DNA from: Octopus sinensis
Lineage: Eukaryota
Assembly: GCF_006345805.1 (NCBI RefSeq)
Contig: NC_043016.1
Coordinates: 21,266,001 to 21,330,000 of the forward strand
Length of the DNA stretch: 64,000 nt
Direction: 5' to 3'
Shown here: positions 50,440 to 62,719 of the stretch, one piece after another
Layout of the letters: every line of letters begins with the position of its first letter
Position numbering within the stretch: the stretch's first letter is position 1
Made by a program: the position numbers and the translations under genes
The notes under the pieces: model-generated
Told to the model about the DNA's origin: nothing
The model's database searches: none
The model's input: only the letters and a program-made list of their open reading frames with translations

Positions 50440-52737
50440 AAAAGAGCTGGTTCCTAACCTAGATATAAGACTCCATTGGAATTTCAACAAGGTTGCTGCC
50501 AATATGAAAGATTGCTCATTAAAGAAAATGAACGGGAGAAAGAGAGTCTGCCGAATGTCGACCCAACAGAGGGACCAGCTATCCAAGTTGACAGTACCAT
50601 GGTAGATAAAGTAATTAAGAGTATGAAACAAGGAAATCCCCCGGCCCATCAGGAATCACTGCAGAGATGCTCAAAATATCTGGCAGTGTTGGCTATAGCC
50701 TAGTCACCCAAATAGTTAACCAGGTGATACACGAAAGAGTCATACCCAATGACTGGTGTAGCAGCACTATAGTCAATTGCTACAAAGGTAAAGGCAACGC
50801 TTTATATACAAATAATTACAGAGGTATCAAGTTGTTGGATCAGGTAATCAAGGTCACAGAGAGGGTCATAGCCCAACTAATTAGGGAGAGAGTCAGTTTA
50901 GATGAAATGCAGTTTGGATTCGTGCCAGAGAAAAGCACCACTGATGCTATATTTCTGGTAAGACAGCTGCAGGAAAAATACCTAGCCAAAGATAAACCTC
51001 TGTACCTGGCTTTCATTGATATGGAGAAAGCCTTTGACAGGGTTCCCCAATCCCTTATCTGGTGGTCAATGAGTAAACTAGGGATAGATGAATGGTTAGT
51101 GAGAGCCGTACAAGCCATGTACAGGGACGCTGTCAGTAAGTTGAGGGTTGGCAACGAGTACAGTGAAGAATTCCGGGTAGAGGTAGGGATCCACCAAGGT
51201 TCAGTCCTCAGCCCCCTCCTATTTATCATAGTCCTTCAAGCAATAACAGAGGAATTCAAGTCAGGTTGCCCCTGGGAGCTCCTCTATGCTGATGAGCTTG
51301 CTCTAATTGCTGAGTCACTATCAGAACTAGAGAAGTTTCAGGTGTGGAAACAAGGATTACACTTGAAGGGCCTTAGAGTCAACCTAGCTAAAACCAAAAT
51401 CCTAATAAGTAGGAAGGTAGGCAAGCCACAAATCCCTTCAGGTTGATGGCCCTGCTCGATCTGTAGCAAAGGCATAGGTAGAAACTCCATAAGATGTATC
51501 CAGTGTAAGCTATGGACACATAAGAGGTGCAGCAATATCAAAGGAAGGCTAACTGGGAAAATAGATTTTGTATGTGGCAGATGCTCAGGAGCAATAAACA
51601 CTGAAAATGTGCAGAGAACAACTTCTGCCACATTCCAGGCAGAAAAACTAGAAGTCGTTGACAGCTTCCGTTACCTAGGTGACCAAGTCAGTAGTGAGGG
51701 GATGGTGTGCTGAAAGTGTAGCTGCTAGAATAAGAATAGCCAGGGCAAAGTTCAGAGAGTGCTTACCTCTGCTGGTGACAAAGGGCCTCTCAATCAGAGT
51801 AAAAGGTAGACTGTATGACACATGTGTATGAACAGCCATGCTACATGGCAGTGAGACATGGACTGTGACTGCTGAGGACATGTGTAAGCTTGCAAGGAAT
51901 GAAGCCAGTATGCTCCGATGGATGTGTAATGTCAGTGTGCATACTCGACAGTGTAAGTACCTTGAGAGAAAAGTAGGACCTAAGAAGGATCAGATGTGGT
52001 GTGCAAGAGAGACAACTGCACTGGTATGGTCATGTAACGAGAATGGATGAGGATAGCTGTGTGAAAAAGTGCCACATCCTAGTGGTTGAGGGAACTTGTG
52101 GAAGACCTGGGATGAAGTGGTGAAGCACGACTTTCGAACATTAGGCCTCACCAAGGCAATGATTAGTGACTGAGACCTTTGGAAATATGCTGTACTTGAG
52201 AAAACCCTGCAAGCCAAGTGAGACCATTACCTCATGGCCTATGCCAGGAGTGTAACCAGCCAACTTATTCATACCTTTCCTTCATTGGACACTAAACTCT
52301 GCTTGCGAAGACTTGTTGAGGCAAGTGAAATCGAAATCAAATTCAATGACTGGCATCTGTGCTAGTGAAGAGCTAAGAGCACTGAGTATGATCATTGCCA
52401 GAGCAGCTAACTGGCTTCTGTGCCGGTGGCACGTTAAAAGCACCATTCAAGCATGATCGTTACCAGCGTCGCCTTTCTGGCATGTTGCCTGTGCTGCTGG
52501 ACTGGTTCCTGTGCCGGTGGCACATAAAAAACACCATTTGAGCATGGTTGTTGCCAGCCCTCTTGCCGATGGCACTTAGAAGCACCCACTACACTCTCGG
52601 AGTTTCCAGCTGTGGAAACTCTGCCAGATCAGATTGGAGCCTGGTGCAGCCATCTGGTTCACCAGTCCTCAGTCAAATCGTCCAACCCATGCTAGCATGG
52701 AAAGCAGACATTAAACAATGATGATGATGATGATGAT
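50440..52737 (+). mobile_element. 5'-truncated RTE LINE (RT + 3' UTR + (GAT)n)
   Basis: 259-aa ORF 50667-51446 with FIDMEKAFDRV, GIHQGSVLSPLLF, LLYADE; colinear with 44300-46638. Confidence 0.95.
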
Positions 52738-52739
52738 AT

Positions 52740-53292
52740 ATATATTATATAGAAATCAAAACTGCTGACGTGGCCAATGACAGTACCGCCTGAAAGACAC
52801 TCGTGCAAGTGGAATGTTAAAAGCACATCCAAACGTAGGATGTAACCAGGCCACTTATGAGTACCCCTCATTCATTGGACAATGAGCTTTGCTTGTGAAG
52901 ACCTATTGAGGCAAGTGTAAACAAACCAAAATCGCTGACGTAACTGATAACAGTACCACTTGATTGGCACTTGTGCCAGCGGAATGTTAAAAGCGTGACC
53001 ATTGCCAAGGTCACAGATTGGCTCCCATGCTGGTGGCACATGAAAACAACATTCGAGCGTGGTCTTTGCCAGTGCCACCCGACTAGCTCCCATGGAGGTA
53101 GCATGTAAAAATACCTTTTGAGCACTCACTACACTCTCGGAGTGGTTGATGTTAGGAAGGGCATCCAACTGTAGAAACTTCGCCAGACCAGACTCAGCCT
53201 GGTGCAGCCTCCTGGCTTCCCAGTCCTTACTTAGTCAAACCATCCAAGCCATGCCAGCATGGAAAGCAGACATTAAACAATGATGATGATGA
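52740..53292 (+). mobile_element. Additional RTE 3' UTR copy directly behind the LINE
   Basis: CTTGTGAAGACCTATTGAGGCAAGTG, module repeats, tail and (GAT)n. Confidence 0.85.
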
Positions 53293-53339
53293 ACAACACA
53301 GAGGTGTATGTGTGTGTGTGTATGTGTGTGTGCAGATTT

Positions 53340-55850
53340 GTATGTTTTGTTTTATGTATATATTCTCATGTATATAGTTGTATATCTAATCATGCACATA
53401 TATATTTAAATGATAAACTTCTGGAAAGTTTTACAGATTTTTAGTTTTAATGATGGATTGGATCTGTAGTCATCAAATAAACTTTCTCTTTTCTAGTTTA
53501 AAAAAGGCTAATTTCTCAAGATTAGTATTTAGACAGTGTGTACATATCCCAGGACCCCAATAATTACAGGTATAAACCTCAACTTGTAATCTGGATAAAG
53601 TAACTGCAGATTTCTCAATAGTTCAGTGTAGGTATCCTCTTTTTCACTGATCTTCAGTGTAATGTTAACATCCTCTGGGCAGCTAATTTCCACACGTGTA
53701 CACAGTTTCTCTTCCCTATCCCATATCATTGTTCTTACAGTTTATTGAGGTTTTGATTGGGACAGTCCACCAGTACTCCTTTTTATTGATTGGCTATGAC
53801 TTCTACCATATTATGCGTTCATATTTCTTCGTCCTCAGGGTTATCCTTCAGACAGATTTCATTATAGAGTGTCCTAGCTACAACATCATGTCTCATCGGT
53901 AGGTATAAGCATGATGACATTTTCAGACAACTACTTATGATGTGGTTAATATCTTTAGTGTTAACTCCACAAAGTTTGCATCGGTTGTCGCATTTTACTG
54001 CTTTTCCTGCATCTCTATCTCTTTTGTGCATCAGGTGTTTGGTTGATATTTCTTGTTCCTGGATCACAAACGCATACCCTTCAAAGTGGGAGGTAGTAAT
54101 CCGGTTATTGGTCCATGATAGACTGCTTTGATGATCAATGTTACTATCATCTCAGAGCTTTCTATTAACATATCCATGATTAGTTTTCTGCTCATCCTTT
54201 CAGCTAATAATACATTGTGGTAGAGACGTGTGACTTCTTTGGGCATGTATTTAAGGTTATCAGACAAGGAATGCTGCCCAAGGAGCTGTCTTTCAAGGTT
54301 TATGATGTTATTAATCTCATATATACAAACTTGATCAAGGACATTCACTTCAACACTTAGTGGTTAAAAGATGTTGCTGAAGGGATATGATACGACATTC
54401 AAAGGCATTTTGGATCGATATTAAGCCTCTGCCGCTTTGTTTTCATTTTAGGCAGAGGCGGTCTACTACGTCACTGTTTATGTGGAAATTATGTGTGCTT
54501 GTTATAGTTTCCAGGTTTTCACATCAATGGCTCAGATCTCATCAAGCGTTCAATCAAGCAACCCAAATGTTGGTACGAGTACTGGCACTGCAAATACATT
54601 GTGGGCCACTGTTTTATTGAATGCAGAGAGTTCTGAGGTTCAAATTTTCTTTATTCAGCTGTGATATTCTTTAGTGGTAAGTGTTTCATTACAGGTGCCA
54701 TCAAAAGATATGTTTTCATCCACCCCTAGATACCTGTAACAGTCCTCATCAGATATAGGGACAACAGTCAAGTCATTGATGGAGATGCTGCTAGTCTGGT
54801 TTACAGTTTTCCCCTTTTTCACAACCATATAACAACATTTATCCTGACCAATCTCCAACCCTACATCCTTTGAGAATGATATAACTAGGTCAAGGCTCAT
54901 TTTCATCTTGTACATATTCTTTGCATAAAGTTTCAAGTCATCCACAAAGAAACAGTGTGTAATTTTGGTATTTGTGTATCCTTGTGAACCAGTGAGATAT
55001 TCTGCAGATTCCCTTATCATGAATGACAAGGGGTTCACAGAAAGTATAAACATCACAGAGAGGCTGTCCCTTTGGAATATGCATGCCTCTGCAATACAGT
55101 GATAAAACAGTCACTCTTTGTGTTTAATTTCAAGAGTGTGACCCACAATGAAGTCAGGTCAGCTATGGCTAGCTCACTGGAACTTTAGCAAGTTGAAGGT
55201 CTTCTAGCATCCATGAGTGGGGAACAAAGATTTTCTTATAGTCTACCCACATTGAAACTAGGTTCCTCCTATGTTCTTGCACCTCTGACATCACAGTTTT
55301 GTTGATTAACAATTGCTTGACACATCCTCAAACTCCTTTCTCCCTAGCTGCTTGTTCTGTTGTGATGATGTTAAGCTGACGAGCTGGCAGAAACATTAGC
55401 ACAGCAGGCGAAATGCTTAGTGGTATTTTGTCTGCTGCTACATTCATCATCATCATCTAAGTTCAAATTCTGCGGAGGTCAACTTAGCCTTTCATCCTTT
55501 CAGGATCAATTAAATAAGTACCAGTTACACACTGGGGTCGATGTAATCGACTTAATTCTTGGTTTGTCCCATCTATGTTTAGCCCCCTGTGGGCAATAAA
55601 GAAATAGATGTTATTGGTTTCACAATGGTCCTCGAGGAAGAGGTTTAAGCATGTTGTATATATCTTATATACAACATGCAATTGGCCAGTTGTTTTTTTG
55701 CCATGTAGATTGTTCTGCATTTGGGGATCAATTTTGTCTCTGTCAGAGCTAACTGGTGTGGTACAGATTGATAAGATATGGTTGAAAGAAGGTGTGAGTT
55801 CCTTATACCAATATCCAATAATCAAGTCCCTTCCAGATGCTTTTCCATCC
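53340..55850 (-). mobile_element. R4/Dong-like non-LTR retrotransposon (RT, CCHC finger, REL endonuclease), decayed
   Basis: FQRDSLS..FILSVNPLSF, ITHCFFVDDLKLYA, YRYLG; CKLCGVNTKDINHIISSC; MIWD...VEISCPED...K..Y...IPVIIGVLG. Confidence 0.88.
55375..55606 (+). mobile_element. tRNA-derived SINE (type 2) inserted in the R4-like element
   Basis: GAGCTGGCAGAAACATTAGC A-box-like head, AAGTTCAAATTC B box, GCCTTTCATCCTTTC body, GGCAATAAAGAAATA end. Confidence 0.85.
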
Positions 55851-57399
55851 TGAAGTTTCTTCTAGATCACAATTGCAAGGGTATCACCATCAATGCTATA
55901 TGTATGTATGAGGTATGTACGTCATACATACATACCTGGTGGGGGTCAAGCATCTAATTAGGATTGAAAGTTATACCAATCGCAGAACTGCATAGTACCA
56001 AAGACCCCGCCCTCTCCGTCAAGAGCACGTACTCAATACTGTAACAGCTTAAGGTTCAAAGGCTTGGATGTATCAAAAGAATATTTAAACAAATTTATAT
56101 CTTAGATGCGACATGAAACCACATATTGGAAAGACACGCAAACAAGGACAGCTTCAGTGAAAAGTGAGCGAGTAAAGGGTTTGAAGTATTCTAGCAATCA
56201 CGTTATTTCCAACATGGCCACAGCCACTGGCAACCAGAAAAAGTTTGTTATTAATCATTCTAAATTATGATTTGGCATAAAAAAATTTCCTTCGAAGTGT
56301 CACCGCCTCGTTGTTCGTAATTTTTCACCTCCAAAATTTTTCGAAGATTTTTTTTTCGTCTGATTTATGCTTTAAAAACGTTACGCAATATATTTGAAAA
56401 TTAATGATTTGAGATATTTAAAACTTAAATGTAAGGAAAGTTTTGGTAGACAAATTTTAAATCGTAATCTACAGAGCTTTATAACCCGCACAAATCCGAA
56501 GTAATTCTCGTTTTTCTTTTCGTTTTGTTTGTTTTTTTTTTCGCGCACTTATCTTCCGATTCATTTCTATAGGAATGCCATCTGACACACAAATGTGTGT
56601 GTGTGTGTGTGACTGTGAATGAATCTATGTATGTATGCAACAAAATCTACCCCTCCCCTATGAAGAAAATGTGTCAGGTAAACATTTTCACGACGATGTT
56701 AATTATCATGCTCACAAAGGCTGTAAATATCTAGATGTAATAGTTGTATACATAATATAAAAGGGTGAACCAGTCTTAAGTATAAACAATAACAATTTTG
56801 CCTTCTTTTTTACAACTGAAAGTGAAACGTGTCTAATTATTGCGTGTTCTTTATTTACAGTTGAAACTAAATTATACATGCATAATACACATGTTTAATG
56901 TAACTTTGTGCATCTGTCTGTGTGCAGTTTATAAGGATATAGAAATATTTGGGTGATGTTGACGTTCAATATTAAGATGTAAATAAAGACAATGTAAAAA
57001 GTGTACAAAACAGATACGGAACAAATAATTAAGAATTTTGGTTAATACAACGTAATAGTAAGATAATCGTGAATTTTCATATAATAATATAAACCCTACT
57101 TTGTAAATTCTCTAAATCTCAAAAAGTAGGAGCGGCACAATAAATATTAACGTTAATATCTATGCGTTTATCGCAAGAAACAAACAAACGATATAAGGAA
57201 AAGGAGAAAATATGCGAATCATAAATGAATGATTTCATTTCAAAAAGTTAAAATATTTCTATGTTACAATGACTACTCACAAAACTGATCCTTTTTTTAT
57301 CCATATTTTTGTTTGGATACACGACAATTCGTAATTTTCAGCTTTTTTTAATGAGCAACCTAATTGTTTTACGGACGAACTGGACCTATTTATATTGGT

Positions 57400-57480
57400 C
57401 TACAAGCGCCATTTTAATATAATAACCAATCAAATTACATTTCTTATCCCTCCAACGACCACTATATCACGTGATACGAC
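57400..57480. promoter_or_regulatory. Promoter-like motif cluster (YY1, CCAAT, E-box) in a locally CpG-richer region
   Basis: CGCCATTTT 57407-57415, CCAAT 57426-57430, palindromic TATCACGTGATA 57465-57476. Confidence 0.45.
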
Positions 57481-57574
57481 GTTTTTCTTTAGTGGTGCTA
57501 ATATTATATAATTGCCGATGTTCTTCTATTCGCCTTTTTTTTTTTCTTTAATTGTGACAAATGTATTTGATGCT

Positions 57575-57677
57575 GGCAAAGGTAAAGAATACGCACACCC
57601 GGTGTTTAGGTTTAGCGTTAGGGTTACCGTTTTTGTTGCACCGATAACGGGTGGTGTGCGTATTCTTTAACTCCGCC
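57575..57677. repeat. Small inverted-repeat element enclosing telomere-like TTAGG(G) units
   Basis: TAAAGAATACGCACACC / GGTGTGCGTATTCTTTA arms; loop contains TTTAGGTTTAGCGTTAGGGTTA. Confidence 0.75.
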
Positions 57678-58239
57678 TTTGATGTTTTTAAGCGGAAACT
57701 AATGGAGAGCTGGTGAAACTGCTTTATGGCCAACTCCTTTATATGCAGTGTGCTTGCGTGTGAGAAATTTTGTGGCCCCCTCTGAAAGCTTTTCGAGTGG
57801 AATAATTGCTGAGAGAGTAATTACTGAAAAGACTTCTGTATGAAAAACACAGCTGTAAGCATTGGAAATCTAATTAGAAATACGTATGCGCTGAGAAAGA
57901 TATTAGCTCAGACTACTTTCAATTTAGTTATTTTTAGTATGCACGGGAGATAATTTCAGACATGTTTAAGTTTTATTACATTTCCTCAGAAAAAAATTAC
58001 TTTTACTGTATGTCAAATAAATTATGTAAGAATCACTATTTTTTTCCTATTTGTTTGTTTTTTTTGCTAAAAATCGAGAGAATAACAAATAAAATTTAAA
58101 TATATCTGGAATTGTCAAAATGATACCCAAATGATGATCAAAGTAATTACTCTCACTCATGAGGATGGAGTGATATCCGAGTAGTGTATCCAAGTAACGC
58201 CACCCACTGATGAGAATATCTATATACAAACATCATTTC

Positions 58240-58540
58240 TTCATCATTGTCATATAACATCCATTATCCTAGCTGACATAGGTTGGGTGGTTTGACAGCG
58301 AGTTGCAGGACTGCATCAAGCTCCAGTGTCAGTTTTGACATAGTTTCTATGACCAGATGCCCTTATTTATGCCAGCCATTTATCAGGATTGCATTCAACA
58401 CCAATGTCTGTTTTGGCATGGTTTCTATATCCCTTCTAATGCCAACTACTTTAGAGTATGTACTGTGTGCTTTTTTTTTTTTTTTGTCATACTAGCACTA
58501 CTAAAGTCACCAAGTAACTTGTGAGACAAGACACCTTGGC
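58240..58540 (-). mobile_element. Highly diverged RTE 3' tail copy
   Basis: GGGTGGTTTGACAG...GCTCCAGT...CCAGATGCCCTT...ATGCCAACTACTTT. Confidence 0.65.
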
Positions 58541-58799
58541 TGAATGGGAATGCAGAATTGAGGGAGATGCTTTATGCCAGGTGTTGAGATATTAAAATTT
58601 AATGGCGGAACAAGAAAAGGTGTCTTGCTACAGAGAAGATATGTGGCTACCCCAGCAACAAAGGAAGAAATTATGGTGGAGAGGGGTGTCAGAATATACC
58701 CTCAAGGTACAAGAAGATGGATATATGATAAAATATGGACAAAGATATGAGGATGGCAAGATGGGTACATTTGTGAGAGTGTGAAGAGAGTGACAGATG

Positions 58800-59150
58800 T
58801 TTAGAGATGAGGATACAATGAAAGGTGAACATGGCCAATCATGAACTGCAGTTTGGAGGGAGAGTAGGTCAGAGAAGAGGAAGTGATAAGTAACTGTACA
58901 TCTTGGGGATGTGGCAGAGGAGGGTAACAGTATAATAGGACCATAAATTAGAACTAAAGAGATGATGCAAACTGAAGGGTAAGAGAGGGATGCACAGTGA
59001 CAAAAATGAAGGTCAGATGTACATAGCAGTGGATATAGTGAGTGGCCAACAAAGATATGAATGGGCTTTCATTGGAAAATAAAATGTTAAGAGATGATAT
59101 TGAAATGTGGGTTAACAATGAAAGTGTTTCTAAGGAGATGGAGAACTGGT
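58800..59150 (-). mobile_element. Decayed Penelope RT C-terminal fragment
   Basis: Reverse complement resembles the HSYLCW...HP...IP pattern and the 11950-12200 remnant. Confidence 0.45.
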
Positions 59151-59225
59151 AGCACACAAAGGAAATATATGCTGTTCTGTTTTCATATATACATCTACAT
59201 ATAATATATTTGTGAAAGAAGACTA

Positions 59226-59309
59226 CAAACACCAAGGCATAACAAGCATCTCAAGTCCCATACATTATTATTTTTATTACTTGAGATGCTTGTTATGCCT
59301 TGGCATTTG
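59226..59309. other. Perfect 25-bp hairpin (pre-miRNA-sized)
   Basis: CCAAGGCATAACAAGCATCTCAAGT (59232-59256) and its exact reverse complement (59279-59303). Confidence 0.85.
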
Positions 59310-60289
59310 TTATCCTCTTTTACAAATGATATATCTGCTATATCAGAAACCTAAAATGGTTCCATAGCTCCCGTCTCAGTTATGAGCTTGGAGCCCTGAT
59401 AACCCATTACAGCACTTACCCAGTGTACCTATTTGTTAGATCACCAGTGAACTAAACCCCCATATTCTGTATCAGCATATAATATAATGAAACAGACAGA
59501 CTCCAGTAAGGCCAATGTTGTTCTATATCAGCAAGACTTACATTATGTAATAGAATTAATAAAAAGAATACTGTGAACTTGCCGTGAGGGGTGGAAAATC
59601 CAACAATTTGGAAAAAAAACCCTTCTCCAGAAGAAAAGTTGAAAGGAGAAAAATTAATGAGAGACAGCAGAGTTTTACATAGAGTATATAAGAAAAAAAC
59701 ATACAGGACCATGTGAGCTTCATATATGAACAAGACGTGGTAGGAGAAACAGTGTGAGAAGGAAGAAGGAAAGAATAATGCAATGAGGAGAAGCAGTGAA
59801 GTTGGGAGTACCTGCTTCACCTCGTTCTACAACTCTTTTCTTCTTCTTACACTGTTCATCCTACCACTTCTTGTTCATATATGAAATTCGTGTGGTTCCT
59901 TCTCTTTTGCAGTTTTGCAGTTTTTGTTTTGCTTTTTCTTATAACTAAGAGAACCATCTTTTTTATTATGCTTAACCTCAAATGTCTCAAGATATCTTCT
60001 ATCTTTTACCATTTCTCCTGACTGTTGCCATAATGCTTTGTGATATTCAAATTTTTTTTAAATCTCATTTTAGCAGCCTTTTGAATTTTATTGGATGCTG
60101 TCTTTGCTTCAATATCATTCCATGCAGCTTCAAACTGAATTTTCATCCATCCATCAGGCCAAATCACTCAACAGATTATCCTCACAGTATTCTTAACATT
60201 CTCTTTTCTTCTTCAAAACAACTTATGCAAACTACTATCTATTTCTTATGACAAGCATGACCATCTAACACAGCAGCTCGCCCACTAAC

Positions 60290-61880
60290 ATTCTCTTCTT
60301 TCTGTCTTTTGCTCTTTCATTCAACTTCAGTAAATATATATTTTTAGACATTGCACCTCAACAGCCAATTTTATGACTTTTTAGTTTCGCAAATTTGCTT
60401 ACATATCTACCAGTATCCCACTTCTCCCACATTATTCACAACATCCATGTTTACACCATCTCCAGAGATCTACTTCTCACACATGCTGAACAAGCTCTGC
60501 TTTACAGGGGCCTAAATTTTATTCTCCTCCAAGACAAACCCAGTAAATTCAATGCATGCACTGATATTGAGCTAACCCAAGGACATCTTCCACAACAGAA
60601 GTCCAGGTGCCTGAATTGAGGATGACTTCATGAAACATAAAAAATGTATTTCCCAACTGGACACCAAGCTCAGGCCTACATCATTCTGTGGATTTATTTG
60701 TCAATAAATGCTGTTTCGGTTTAAGCATCTTTATTTTCAAGAAAAAGTCTTAAAGAGATTGAACATTCTTACATTGGAACTAGGCACACACAAGAAGCTT
60801 TGTAAACAGTGGGACATTGTTATCAAACCAGCCAACAAAGGAGGCATTATTGTAGTTTGGTGATATGACTTGCACAGAGAAGAAGCATTCCACCAATTTA
60901 ACAACCCTCAATCTTACATGAAAATACCAAATGATCTTACCAGCCATGACCAGTGTGACATTGAAATTTCCAGTTATGCTGACAAAATTTAATGTGATAA
61001 TGCAGATCAGAAATGATTGAAGAAAAATATTTGCAATTATTATGTTGTTACTATGTTGGAGATGATTATAATGCAACTTGTTACAATATGTAAGATATGA
61101 TATATACAACTTTGTCAAGAAGCTTCTGTGTACACAATTTGTTTGTAAAGCTCCATTCTGTATGGTAGTTAGTTTCATCTCTGTGACTGCTGGGGAGAAA
61201 GACAATAACAAGAATGTTTGCAGATAAATAGTGTAACAGTTGTGTTCTTGCACTCAAAATAGGACATACCTGAAGTGAGGACGGTAACGATGCTCTTTGA
61301 CTGGAGATGGGTCAACCAAAATAAGAAAGAGAAAGCTTTATCCTCAGCCAGATGCTAGATGATCGAAAGAGGTTGGATGATATTTGCTTGTGTATTTATA
61401 GACTTCAAAATTTAATTAGGTCAACCAATAACAATAGGATCATTCACTATATAAGTTTTGACCTGCGAATGCCTCAAAAATGTTTGAGAGGTCAGTTTTT
61501 TTCTTATTAATCTCTCAATGCCACTAATAAAGACAATAGGCCAAGAATTTGTCAATGTGGAAAAATGTGGATTTATTTTGAATCTTAGCTAAGGTATTCT
61601 GTTACTGTTCACTACACCAGAAACAAGAGAGCACCACTGTTCATCAGCTTATCTCCTTCAGCTCACTTCTACTCACTGCCACTAACCTATTTGTAACCAT
61701 ATCCAAAATCTCTAATATCCACTTCATTCCCAAAATTAACAAACCAGACAATCCTGGCTGCCCTATTGTCTCAGCTAGTAACTGCCCCATGAAATTTCTT
61801 TATTTTATCTTGACAAACTATTATCATCACTCATCACTGCATTACCCTAACTCATTAAAGACACCATCCAAGCCCTAAAC
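60290..61880 (+). mobile_element. Penelope-like RT remnant
   Basis: EQALLYRGLNF, VIKPANKGGIIVVW, FIPKINKPDNPGCPIVS...LIKDTIQALN. Confidence 0.8.
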
Positions 61881-61884
61881 TTCT

Positions 61885-62700
61885 TCAACTCATTCTCTTT
61901 TCCATTGAACTACTATTATTGTGACTGATGTCATACCTATGCTCATTGAAACTTTTATTTAATTGTTCTGTTATACAACCGACATAAATCAAGTTGTATT
62001 TGGTGCATTTCACTGTGTACACCAAATGGGAATCCTTACACATCCCACCTTCTGTATAAATCATAACATTTCTGCTATTATTTGTGATGGAATTATTGTA
62101 GTACAATGAACCTCTTCTGCAGCTGTGCAGCGTTCAAAAACTTCAATGCTAGTTTTCTGGGGGTTAGAGGTAGTGGTTAATAGCTCTCTTATATTATTTT
62201 TACTGTGTCTAAAGGCAACAATAGGCAGATGAGGGAATATTTGTTTGAAGCAAGGATATTTTTCTGAAGTATACTGGTAACTTTCATGCAACATTTTTGA
62301 AATGTCTGTGAAATTTTGTTACCAGTTAATCAATCACTGAAGGAATTTGATCACAAATTTTACTTTGGCTGTTAAAATTATGCATGAAAGTTGAACTCTC
62401 TTTGCTAATTTTAGCTATGTCATTTGTGATTTCCTTTAATAAGGATCCTCTTTAACCACTTTTGACATAATGGCATACAAAGCATTTGCACATTTCCAGT
62501 AATCCCCTATGTCAGTACAAATCCATTTTATTCTCAAAAACTAGAAACTCCTCTATCACTGAGAGTAGATACATCTGACATTGGAATTGGTGGAGAACTG
62601 CAAAAGTTTGTCCAAAATTCCTGGCAAGCACTTTCTCTTTTTTTTAAGTGTTTCAAGTCAGCCAAAATTAGATACAGTACTTTTGGATGAGAGTTATGGG
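61885..62700 (-). mobile_element. Penelope-like linker + GIY-YIG remnant
   Basis: PIVAFRHSKNNIRELL; CKDSHLVYTVKCTKYNLIYVGCITEQLNKSFNEHRYDI. Confidence 0.85.
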
Positions 62701-62719
62701 CAGCTTATATATCTATGAA

